From an uncultured archaeon (GTDB lineage Archaea > Nanohalarchaeota > Nanosalinia > Nanosalinales > Nanosalinaceae), in assembly GCA_964604885.1 (NCBI GenBank), contig CAZSAB010000003.1, positions 28,335-92,334 on the forward strand: a stretch of DNA of 64,000 nt, in the 5' to 3' direction. Shown in pieces: positions 9,306 to 18,036 of the stretch. The position numbers and the translations under genes are program-made. Below the pieces are notes generated by a model, which had not been told where the DNA came from, searched no databases, and worked only from the letters and a program-made list of their open reading frames with translations. How positions within the stretch are numbered: the first letter of the stretch is position 1; every line of letters begins with the position of its first letter.

Positions 9306-9939
9306 TCTTCAGGAAGTACTTAATGAAGGGGATGATGCTGGTGGCAATCCAATGACAAATATTGGGTCAGGAAGCATCGATATCGATGGAAGCAGTGCTG
9401 GAAACATCAACTTGAATTCTGAGGAACTCAGGAATGGAGATATAGTTCATTCTAATGATATTGTGGTTGGTTCATATTCAACAGGCAGCAGCAGTGTAGA
9501 TGGGGGAGACATCTGGGTTAAAAACGATGTTGAGATCCAAGGAGATATCTTGGGTGCTGGAGCTGACGTAGCTGAAAAGATCAAAAGCGAATCAAGTCTG
9601 GATGCGGGAACAGTTGTGAAGATATCAGGCAACATGAGTGTAGACCGAACAAGTGAATCGAAAGACACAGACGTAGCTGGCGTGGTTTCAACAGATCCAG
9701 CAATGGTGATGGCAAAGGAAAGGGATGGGGTGCCTGTGGCAATGACCGGTACTGCACCAGTAAAAGTGACGATGGAAAATGGCAATATCAAACCCGGTGA
9801 CAAGTTAACCTCATCTTCGACCCCTGGAAAGGCAATGAAATGCAATGAGATCGACACATGTACCGGCGCTCTCATAGGTAAAGCACTTGAACCAGCAGAA
9901 AAACCCGGCGAAATTAAAATGTTGATATCGATGGGCTAA
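8296..9939 (+). CDS. Secreted tail-fibre-like protein with C-terminal Peptidase_G2-like intramolecular chaperone/autocleavage domain (547 aa)
   Basis: Signal peptide; TTG start overlaps the previous stop. C-terminus GADVAE...VAGVVSTDP...PVAMTGTAPVKV...IKPGDKLTSSSTPGKAMK...IGKALE. Confidence 0.75.
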   Translation: MDKKIIALTLALLLFIGSASAKDFIIEDSSNNNLLEVNGTSQNVEVPNGNLNLGNNNLNNIGGLQSCADSDYVGGDGTCYSDSTADEYDDWDWFMDGSEQKSVSSGQDAGIDSGNAISLSYNDARDIQVAVSASGLDGSYLSSGGGELDVSDSWIDEGSSDVDGSTIEYSSGTLNVVDSGITSTQLDESDTYSLGWSNLGISQSDVGPGDIPFSGNTGWSDLDISQSDIDYSDIPLSNHAGDQITWDSNNNEYDTNLNSLSSDSSISGSDYDGSSSRTWSVAWGDADDLGSSGGLNDNVVNGDELSDSFCLTDEVMVYDGNNWVCESKTGVGTDDQNLQEVLNEGDDAGGNPMTNIGSGSIDIDGSSAGNINLNSEELRNGDIVHSNDIVVGSYSTGSSSVDGGDIWVKNDVEIQGDILGAGADVAEKIKSESSLDAGTVVKISGNMSVDRTSESKDTDVAGVVSTDPAMVMAKERDGVPVAMTGTAPVKVTMENGNIKPGDKLTSSSTPGKAMKCNEIDTCTGALIGKALEPAEKPGEIKMLISMG

Positions 9940-9942
9940 AAT

Positions 9943-11157
9943 TTGATAATGATTAAGAATCTCCTGAAATTGCTTATCTTTGTAAATATCGGCTTTTTAG
10001 CAGCTTCTTTCCTAATAAATGTTCCTGAGGCGGAATGGAAAACCGAAGTAATTGCAGAGGATACCTACGGAAAATTCGTTAGTATAGACAGTTACGAAAA
10101 CAAGTTAGGAGTTGCATACGTCGACTCGATTAATTCAGGTCTTAGTTTTTTAGAGCATGATTATTCTAATTCACCTCTCGACTTGATTAAAATTGAAAAT
10201 AAGACTTGGAAGAAACAGAAGATAGATGGAAGAAAGGGGAGAGGTATGTACCCGTCACTGCGGTGGAAGAAAGAATCTCCAGCGATTGCTTACCAGGATG
10301 GAAGACTGGGTCAGGAAAACCTTTACTTTGCTCAAAGAAACCAGGCTGAGTGGCAGATCGAAGAAGTTGACAATGTTTCTAATGGAGGAGTTTCAGTAGG
10401 AATGTATAACTCCATGGCCTATCTTGAAAACCCTGTAATCTTTTACCATTCTCCTTCACAAGGGTTGAAGAAAGCAGAAAGGATAAATAACTGGACTACT
10501 GAAAGATTGGAATCCGATATGGGGTGGTTTACCTCCAGTTCTGAGTGTGAAGGTAAAATACTTGCTGCTTACTCTGGCCGGACGTCAGATAGTTTGATGA
10601 TCGGAGAGTATCCGAACTGGAGTTCCGAAAACACTTCGATCAACGTAAGATCAGATATTTCAATGGATACAAGGAACTGCAAACCACACTTCATTTATCT
10701 TGAAGATGACTCTGGCAATATCACCTATATGTCTCCCAGCGGTCAAAAGAAAATACTAGATAATGGGTTTTTTTCAAGAATGTCAATAGAAGCAGAAGAA
10801 AACATTCATTTAATATATCATAAGGAGGGAACAGGCCTAAAATACTTTAAAAAGGATGCTGAATGGAGCAATAGAACAGTTGCCGAAGGCTCAGATCTAG
10901 GAAGATATAACGATATTGAAGTTGATTCAAGTGGAAATATACATATCGCTTACCTTAACCAAACAACTCTCCATCACGCCATGTATAATTCAGGCCAAAC
11001 TGAGTTCAAAAAACAGTCCTTACATTATTTACGGATTATCAGCGGCTTATCTGCGTTAACACCGGCCTTCATACTGTTAATTATAATTTACGGGCGAGGA
11101 GACAATCCCGCCTCAAAAATTTCATCTCTAAAACAAAAAATTAAACCCGGAAATTAA
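9943..11157 (+). CDS. Membrane-anchored extracellular beta-propeller-like (BNR-type repeat) protein
   Basis: N-terminal hydrophobic segment; repeats such as PAIAYQD, W.IEEVD, IHLIYH and YNDIEVDSSGNIHIAY; C-terminal TM helix with basic tail. Confidence 0.55.
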   Translation: MIMIKNLLKLLIFVNIGFLAASFLINVPEAEWKTEVIAEDTYGKFVSIDSYENKLGVAYVDSINSGLSFLEHDYSNSPLDLIKIENKTWKKQKIDGRKGRGMYPSLRWKKESPAIAYQDGRLGQENLYFAQRNQAEWQIEEVDNVSNGGVSVGMYNSMAYLENPVIFYHSPSQGLKKAERINNWTTERLESDMGWFTSSSECEGKILAAYSGRTSDSLMIGEYPNWSSENTSINVRSDISMDTRNCKPHFIYLEDDSGNITYMSPSGQKKILDNGFFSRMSIEAEENIHLIYHKEGTGLKYFKKDAEWSNRTVAEGSDLGRYNDIEVDSSGNIHIAYLNQTTLHHAMYNSGQTEFKKQSLHYLRIISGLSALTPAFILLIIIYGRGDNPASKISSLKQKIKPGN

Positions 11158-11216
11158 GCGGAAAATAAATTATAACTCGAAAACCTTTAATCCCGCAGAA
11201 TTTCAACCTAAAAAAC

Positions 11217-11948
11217 ATGGAATCTGACCAAGAAATCAAGGAATTAATAAGGAGTAAATATAGGCAAGGAATCTCTGAGAAAAGACTGAAAGAAATAGTT
11301 GCAAAGGAAGGCTTTGACTCGGGTATAGTCGACGAAGTACTAGGTGAAAAACACAAAGAACCAGAAAATCAAGCAAGTAAAGATCAGAGTACCCGGTCTA
11401 ATGAGGTCCACAGTAAATCAACCGAGAAGACAGATAAAATGAATAATTCCTCAAAGGGAACGAAAAAGCGAAAAAGCATTTCAGCTGAAGACTCGGGTAG
11501 ACAAGTTGAGAAAATAGCCTCTAAAAAAAAGAAAAACACACATAAAAAGAGAAAACTGCTTCTTCCATCAGCATTAATTATACTAACAATCCTTGTAGGA
11601 GCAGCAATTCTTCCAATAACAGGAATAGTCAGTTTAGATAATTCAACAGATAATAATCAAGCCAGTCCCTCAAAGATTGAAGCAAACTCCAATTTTTCAG
11701 AGGAAGCTGAACTAAAAACTATAGTGCTTAAAGATGGTCTGGCCGACCCGGCTAGAGCCTCGGCCTCTTCCGGAGAAGAAATTCTTTTCGTAAACAGACA
11801 AACTGAAAAACTTGAAATAGAGTTTGACATCGGGAAAAAGATGATTTTAAATCCTGGTGAGAGAAAATCAAATTCATTTTCAACCATTACATACTACACT
11901 GCTGAAGGTAACACAACTGAGATAAAAGGATCAATATACGTTGAATAA
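11217..11948 (+). CDS. Single-pass membrane protein with small C-terminal beta domain (cupredoxin-like pattern, no Cu ligands)
   Basis: Charged N-terminus, TM helix LLLPSALIILTILVGAAILPI, C-terminal EILFVNRQTEKLEIEF...ILNPGE. Confidence 0.5.
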   Translation: MESDQEIKELIRSKYRQGISEKRLKEIVAKEGFDSGIVDEVLGEKHKEPENQASKDQSTRSNEVHSKSTEKTDKMNNSSKGTKKRKSISAEDSGRQVEKIASKKKKNTHKKRKLLLPSALIILTILVGAAILPITGIVSLDNSTDNNQASPSKIEANSNFSEEAELKTIVLKDGLADPARASASSGEEILFVNRQTEKLEIEFDIGKKMILNPGERKSNSFSTITYYTAEGNTTEIKGSIYVE

Positions 11949-12025
11949 GTCCGCCTATACCAATCCCTAACCTGTCTTCCAAAATAGTTTAAATGAGATG
12001 AAATGTAATATATATTTTAGAGGGT

Positions 12026-15000
12026 TTGATTTCCTTGAGTAGGCGATTTACTAAGATACTTGTGCCCTGTATACTCACAGTTTTCCTAGTTACGACAGCT
12101 TCATCCACGGATCTGCAAAACATTCTTTCTATAACCTCAGATGGATCAAAACCTATATACGTAAACGATTCTCTGAACTTGAACAGCAACGACTTGGATA
12201 ATCCAAATCTGGTTGATGGCGTAAACTTGGATCTTCCTGGAAACGCATTGAATCTTTCATCCAATCAGTACAATGTAGAACCTGACTCCATCAGTACCTC
12301 AGAACTTAACACAGGAGACGTTGACACACGCTACCTCAACAAAAACGGTGACAAGATGAATGGCAGCCTCAACATGGGAAACAACGACATAAACAATATT
12401 GGAGGCCTGCAAAGCTGCGGAAGCGATCAATATGTTGGAGGAGACGGTTCATGTAAAAACGACGACGGCGGCACCGACGACCAAAACCTCGGCTACAACA
12501 ATAAAAATTCTCCGACCGGCAACTACGTAAAACACGAGGTAACGATTACCGGCGGCTCCAACACAGATATCAGAGACTACTACGAAAGCGATACAACCGC
12601 TGATGAATACGGTAATTGGGACTGGTTTATGGATGGCACCGAGCAAAAAAGCGTGAGCAGTGGCCAGGATGCAGGTATTGATTCTGGTAATGCGATCAGC
12701 TTAAGCTACAATAATGGCCGTGATATTCAGGTTGGTGTTTCTGCTTCTGGTTTGGATGGTAGTTATCTTTCTAGTAGTGGCGGTGAGTTAGATGTTGATG
12801 CAGGAAGTGTTCTCGGCTCAGGAAATGATTTAGATAACAGTGGTAATGTAGGTGACTCGGATAAGGTGGACGGTGAGCAACTTACGGATATACTTAACGA
12901 TGAGAATGACGATGTAATTGGCGCAGACTGGAACACCCTGACAGAACCAGGAATACACGGGGTAAGCGGTTCATCTTGGAGTGGAAGCAATCAGCCAACC
13001 TCTGCCTATACCTATGGCCAATTGATTGTTACAGAAGGGGACAATGGGATTATGCAGATGTATGTTTCGCACCACTCAGCGAGAGATGGTTCGGTTTGGA
13101 TAAGGACTGGTTGGAAAGATGGTAGCTGGGACAATTGGCATGCAATGCCTACGAGAGAATGGGTGAACAACAATGATGCTAATAACCACGATGATCAGGA
13201 TATTTCTGCGAGTGTAAGCGGTCAAAGTATGGATATTTCTATAACTGAAGGTAGCGATGGTTCGGCGACAATTGATGACAACCACAATTTGGGAGATGTA
13301 CTTAACGATGGTGACTCAGCCAATCAAGACATCAATTTGGGTACGAATAACGGTATTCTGACGAATGGAGGCAATGATGGCAATCACGGTATAGCTCAAG
13401 GAGATGGCTCAAGCGGTTATACTGGAATTGATGGCCCGGATATTTTCGGATATGCAGGTGTTAATATTTACGGAACCAATTCAGGCCAGAAAATCGCTCA
13501 CTTTGATGATGGAGGTAATGTTGATATTCCAAACGGGAATCTTGACGCAAATGGATTCACCGAAGGAGGCAGCAACACTTTAAGTAATAACATCGGTGGT
13601 AGTGCTGATCAGCTAGATGGTAATGATGCTTCTTTTTTTGAGGAGGAGAGTCATGGTGGTGAGCATTCTGGTGACTATCTTTCTAACAGTGGTGACACTT
13701 TGAATGTAAATGCAGGAAGTGTTCTCGGTTCCGGTAATGATTTGGATTCGAGTGGTGATATAGTATCGAATGCGGTCGGCAACGACGAGATTAAAAATGG
13801 AAACACTTTCAATATGGATTCGATTCATTCCTTGACAGATACGAATGCTCTGGTGTTTGATGGAGGCGACCACAGGATTACAAATCATGATGGAAATGGA
13901 AATTTCAATATCAAGGCAGGGGTTGACGATAACAATAATATCGTGTCAGGGGATGGTGGTTCCCATTTACAGATGTCGGACGGCGGGGCTATATCTCTTA
14001 TGACGGATTCTTCCAGTAGTAGCAGTTTTTCAAGAGATGCCGAGCTGGAGATTAATAATGATGTTGAGGTAGAGAAAGGGCCGTTAAACATGCGGAACAA
14101 CGGCATCAATAATATAGGAGGCCTTCAGGGTTGTGGCGGGAACCAGTTTGTAGACGGTGATGGTAACTGTGAGACGGATGATTCAGGTAGTGACGATCAG
14201 AATCTGGGATACAACAATAAGAATTCTCCCACCAGCAATTACAAAACTCATGAAATTACTATTACTGGCGGCTCGAACACTGATATAAGAGACTACTATG
14301 ATCCGGATACCACTGCAGATGAATACGGAAGCTGGGACTTCTACACTGACAATACTAATAGAAAGAGTGTTTCCAGCGGACAGGATATAGGTATAGACTC
14401 AGGCAACGCCATAAACCTGAACTGGGATGGATCCCGAGATGTCTCAGTAGCTGTTTCTGCTTCTGGTTTGGATGGTAGTTATCTTTCTAGTGGGGGCGGT
14501 GAGTTGGATGTTGCCGCTGGTAGTGTTCTGGGTTCAGGTAATGATTTGGATTCGAGTGGTGATGTTTCTGGTTTGAGTGATGTTGATACTGATGATTTGT
14601 CTGAGGGCGGCAGTAATCTTTACTTTACTGATGAGCGTAGTCAGGATGCTGTTGGTACTATTATGAGTGGTAGTGGTGCTGCTTCTGTTACGTATAGTGA
14701 TGGGAGTGATTCGATTACTGTTGATGCTGATAATGCTCAGACTCTGTGCGGCGGCAAAGCTGTTTTGACTGGGGGTAATGGATGCCAGAGTCGATATACG
14801 TCTTGGGACTGGTACATGGATGGAGCTCAAGCAAAAGCTATTGATGGGGACGATAACGCAGGAATCGATTCGGGCAATGCCATCAGCCTAAGCTTTAACG
14901 ATAACAGAGATATTCAGGTTGCTGTTTCTGCTTCTGGTTTGGATGGTAGTTATCTTTCTAGTGGGGGCGGTGAGTTGGATGTTGCTGCTGGTAGTGTTCT

Positions 15001-17560
15001 CGGTTCCGGTAATGATTTGGATTCGAGTGGTGATGTTTCTGGTTTGACTGATGTTACTACCAGTGACTTGAGCGAGGGCAGTAATGAGTATCATACTGAT
15101 GGAAGAGTTCATGGAGCGGTGGAATCAGGTAATGTTGATAATGTCCAGTTTAGTAACATTGAGAGCGTAAGTAATGGTGAAATAGGCCGGGATAATAGTA
15201 TAGGGTTCCTTGCGGAGTGGGGAGGGAACGGCAATGCGGTTTTATGGGATGCATACAATGTCCAAACAAACGGAGGTATAAGCGTAACCGGAGGGACAGG
15301 TAATGAAGACAATCCAAAGATAAATCTGGCTGCTAACGATCTTGACGCCAGCGGCAACATTAATGATTGGAGCGGGGCTGACGACTTGGATGGTAGTGGT
15401 GATGTGAATAGTGGTGCTGCTGGCAGTTATTTGAGTGAGAGCGGAGGTTCTTTGGATGTTAATGTTGGTAGTGTTTTGGGGTCGGGTAATGATTTGGATA
15501 GTAGTGGTAACGTAAACCATGGAATTGGGGCTAGTCTGGGCGATGGGAGGGATGCTGGTTCGGACTATGTGACTTTTGCCAATAGCGGTGATTTTTACAT
15601 TGGAGGATCCAGTACTCCTGATGCATCAACCTCTGGGATACATGTTGAGGCAAACAGCAATCCTTCGAGCGGAAACCCGATTTTTACGGTTGAAAGCAGC
15701 GGAGGTTCAGAAAGGCTTAGAGTTGAACACGGTGGAGACCTCTACACATCAAACAATCTGGATGTAGATGGTGGAAACATTTATGACAGCGGAAGCAATT
15801 TTTTCGGAGGCTGTAGCTCAGGCGATTATGTTGAAAGTATAAATTCAGATGGTTCGGTTAATTGTGCAAACGACGACACAGGAGGAACCAGTTTGACAGG
15901 TGGAGACGGCATCGACCCTTCCAGCATCAGCAACGGCAATACCTTGAGTGCAGCCTGGGGCGACGCCAATGATCTGGACAGCAGCGGCAATGTTAACCCA
16001 TCTTCTTTAGATGGAATAGGTCTAGATTCTAACTCCACACATCTCGAATTTGGAGGATTTACAACTATAGTGTCAGGTGGTGCAGTAGCCAACTTTGTCA
16101 CTGATACCGCAGCCATAAATTATTGGGGTTCTGATAGCATGGAGGCTTCAACTATTTCCAATTATAATCTGCATGGAAAAACATATAGTGCGGCGACGCC
16201 GAGTGTAAGATGGAATGCTGCTGATGATTTGGATGCTAGCGGAAACCTGGATGATTTCGGGGATGCGAATGATCTAGATAGTAATGGAGATTTGAATAAC
16301 GTAGGATGGAGCGATTTTGATAACGCGGCTCAGTCGGATGTTGATTACAGTGATATTCCTCTTTCCAATCATGCTGGTGATCAGATTACTTGGGACTCCA
16401 ATAATAACGAGTACGATACTAATCTTAACGATTTAGTTGCTGGGAGTCATCTTAGTGGCAGTAATTATGATGGTTCTGGGTCTGTTACTTTTGATGTTAG
16501 TGATGACTGGATTGATGAAGGATCTGATGATGTAGGCGAGGGTCTGAGCTGGGTTTCACCTTCTAATGAGATTAAAGTTTCCTGGCAAGATGCTGAAGGT
16601 CTAAATCAGAACGGCTATATCAATACAGGAAACGGCCTCTCAAACAATCAAGGCGGTTCAGTTGATGTCGACTGGACGGACGCCAATGATTTGGACAGCA
16701 ACGGCAATGTTAACTGGGGCAATGCTGATGATCTGGATTCGAGTGGTGATTTGAATGCTTATAACTTTGCAAATCAAGGTTCGGCTCCGCAAAATGAGAT
16801 AATAACCGGTGACGCCAATGGAGATGGATGGATCAATAAAGAAGATATACAAATCATACAAAATGAAGCAGTTGGATTAACTCCAGACTGCGGCTCAAAT
16901 AGAATTGCAAGGTGTGATATTAACGGTGATGGAAGTGTGCAGACAAATGATATTCAATTACTTGCCAGATTCCTAAACGGCGATGAGGATCATTCTAGTA
17001 CTCAAATCCCAGTTGAAGGCCATATGATAAGGGATAGTAACAGTGAGGTCTCTGTTGATTTAGGTTCCAAACCCCAACAGATAGGAAATACAGGTAACAG
17101 CGGTGTTATTCAAACAGATTCAACGATGACCTATAATGATAAAGGAGACAGTGTGGAACTAGGTGTTAGTTCTGTGGATACTGGGCAGATAGACTCTCAA
17201 GCTGTAACTTCTAGTGAAACTACTGTCTTCAGTAGAAATACAGCTGACGAAGATGTATTTCACAGGAAAACTGCTGACTTAAATTCCGGGAATACTGATG
17301 ATGTATCCGACACCATTACCGCGCCGGAGGATCCTGGGAGTGGTAATGAAGCGGTGGTAAGAGTAACGTGGTCAATTGGAAGATATTGCAAATGGTTTTT
17401 GGGTACCTTCGGCAATGTGTATACAGTGGAGTCAGCAGGTGGTACTTGTGGTACCTCACAAGGCTCAAAAGATACTAACCTTTACCGTAGTGGCACTTCC
17501 TTTAAATTGGAAAATAATTTTGGCACCGATAATCGCTACATGCTTACAGCCTATAATTAA
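12026..17560 (+). CDS. Giant secreted acidic repeat protein (1844 aa) with tail-fibre motifs, pyocin-knob-like domain and dockerin-like domain
   Basis: Signal peptide; YLNKNGDKMNGSLNMG motif; knob-like DWNTLTEPGIHGV...GQLIV...QMYV...VWIRTG...WDNWH (~12926-13149); paired EF-hand-like GDANGDGWINKED / CDINGDGSVQTND (~16808-16980); many W.DA.DLD.SG repeats. Confidence 0.8.
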   Translation: MISLSRRFTKILVPCILTVFLVTTASSTDLQNILSITSDGSKPIYVNDSLNLNSNDLDNPNLVDGVNLDLPGNALNLSSNQYNVEPDSISTSELNTGDVDTRYLNKNGDKMNGSLNMGNNDINNIGGLQSCGSDQYVGGDGSCKNDDGGTDDQNLGYNNKNSPTGNYVKHEVTITGGSNTDIRDYYESDTTADEYGNWDWFMDGTEQKSVSSGQDAGIDSGNAISLSYNNGRDIQVGVSASGLDGSYLSSSGGELDVDAGSVLGSGNDLDNSGNVGDSDKVDGEQLTDILNDENDDVIGADWNTLTEPGIHGVSGSSWSGSNQPTSAYTYGQLIVTEGDNGIMQMYVSHHSARDGSVWIRTGWKDGSWDNWHAMPTREWVNNNDANNHDDQDISASVSGQSMDISITEGSDGSATIDDNHNLGDVLNDGDSANQDINLGTNNGILTNGGNDGNHGIAQGDGSSGYTGIDGPDIFGYAGVNIYGTNSGQKIAHFDDGGNVDIPNGNLDANGFTEGGSNTLSNNIGGSADQLDGNDASFFEEESHGGEHSGDYLSNSGDTLNVNAGSVLGSGNDLDSSGDIVSNAVGNDEIKNGNTFNMDSIHSLTDTNALVFDGGDHRITNHDGNGNFNIKAGVDDNNNIVSGDGGSHLQMSDGGAISLMTDSSSSSSFSRDAELEINNDVEVEKGPLNMRNNGINNIGGLQGCGGNQFVDGDGNCETDDSGSDDQNLGYNNKNSPTSNYKTHEITITGGSNTDIRDYYDPDTTADEYGSWDFYTDNTNRKSVSSGQDIGIDSGNAINLNWDGSRDVSVAVSASGLDGSYLSSGGGELDVAAGSVLGSGNDLDSSGDVSGLSDVDTDDLSEGGSNLYFTDERSQDAVGTIMSGSGAASVTYSDGSDSITVDADNAQTLCGGKAVLTGGNGCQSRYTSWDWYMDGAQAKAIDGDDNAGIDSGNAISLSFNDNRDIQVAVSASGLDGSYLSSGGGELDVAAGSVLGSGNDLDSSGDVSGLTDVTTSDLSEGSNEYHTDGRVHGAVESGNVDNVQFSNIESVSNGEIGRDNSIGFLAEWGGNGNAVLWDAYNVQTNGGISVTGGTGNEDNPKINLAANDLDASGNINDWSGADDLDGSGDVNSGAAGSYLSESGGSLDVNVGSVLGSGNDLDSSGNVNHGIGASLGDGRDAGSDYVTFANSGDFYIGGSSTPDASTSGIHVEANSNPSSGNPIFTVESSGGSERLRVEHGGDLYTSNNLDVDGGNIYDSGSNFFGGCSSGDYVESINSDGSVNCANDDTGGTSLTGGDGIDPSSISNGNTLSAAWGDANDLDSSGNVNPSSLDGIGLDSNSTHLEFGGFTTIVSGGAVANFVTDTAAINYWGSDSMEASTISNYNLHGKTYSAATPSVRWNAADDLDASGNLDDFGDANDLDSNGDLNNVGWSDFDNAAQSDVDYSDIPLSNHAGDQITWDSNNNEYDTNLNDLVAGSHLSGSNYDGSGSVTFDVSDDWIDEGSDDVGEGLSWVSPSNEIKVSWQDAEGLNQNGYINTGNGLSNNQGGSVDVDWTDANDLDSNGNVNWGNADDLDSSGDLNAYNFANQGSAPQNEIITGDANGDGWINKEDIQIIQNEAVGLTPDCGSNRIARCDINGDGSVQTNDIQLLARFLNGDEDHSSTQIPVEGHMIRDSNSEVSVDLGSKPQQIGNTGNSGVIQTDSTMTYNDKGDSVELGVSSVDTGQIDSQAVTSSETTVFSRNTADEDVFHRKTADLNSGNTDDVSDTITAPEDPGSGNEAVVRVTWSIGRYCKWFLGTFGNVYTVESAGGTCGTSQGSKDTNLYRSGTSFKLENNFGTDNRYMLTAYN

Positions 17561-17604
17561 TCAAATACTTAGGGAAAGTTCCTCAGGCGATTTAGTAATT
17601 TCTT

Positions 17605-18036
17605 TTATTTTCTTCTAATTATCATGCGACCAAAATTTTTAAATTCCTGTACCTCTGTACCCCTAGCTAGGAAGGCTATTTTCCTCTTATCCATTTTGTG
17701 TTCAATTAGTTTATATTGCGCGGATTCATTTGGTTCTATTGTCTCAGATTTCCTTTCTGTAATATTAAAGCTGATATTAACCGGGGTTTAAATCCGATTC
17801 TTTATACTTATTTCTTGGTTGTAAGTGATGTTTGCCTTCAAAACTGATCCTTCCCCATCTATATACATTTCCACTTCCGAGTCATTGATTTTTGGTTTTT
17901 CAGACTTTATTTCGTTAGCATTCTCAGGTGGCGTATTGATCTTTTCGAAAGCAAATCCCGATACAGCTACAATTAGTATTATCAATATTCCGAATATCGC
18001 TATTTCCTTCTTTCCACTCTTAATATTTCTTTCCAT
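17605..18036 (-). pseudogene. Paralog of 11217-11948 and 19063-19527 with one in-frame TAA at 17788-17790
   Basis: Reading through the TAA gives EISIKNRI*TPVNISFNITERKSETIEPNES, which aligns with the paralog motif; the frame stays open 60 more codons to a TAA at 17605-17607. Confidence 0.65.

Larger units (their letters stand above)
7470..15060 (+). repeat. Module A (WDW[YF]MDG..KSVSSG..AGIDSGNAISLS.N..RDIQV.VSAS.L.GSYLS..GGELDV), 5 copies in 3 genes
   Basis: Copies at about 7484-7690, 8544-8745, 12593-12790, 14308-14510 and 14801-14985, with shared nucleotide runs such as caggaattgattcgggcaa(c/t)gccatcagcctaagct. Confidence 0.9.
8981..16429 (+). repeat. Module B: 89-bp near-identical repeat (DYSDIPLSNHAGDQITWDSNNNEYDTNLN) shared by two genes
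   Basis: 8981-9069 versus 16341-16429; 3 mismatches by manual comparison. Confidence 0.92.

Noticed and set aside
8689-15520. Antisense and alternate-frame ORFs rich in I/T/N/R (8689-9012, 8819-9076, 13613-13888, 14534-14830, 14888-15112, 15242-15520)
   Set aside because: Shadows of T-ending codon blocks in the real genes; no motifs or credible starts.
5733-17560. Repeats as a diversity-generating retroelement or CRISPR array
   Set aside because: No reverse transcriptase or adenine-specific mismatch pattern seen; the repeats are long, coding and not regularly spaced; no cas genes.
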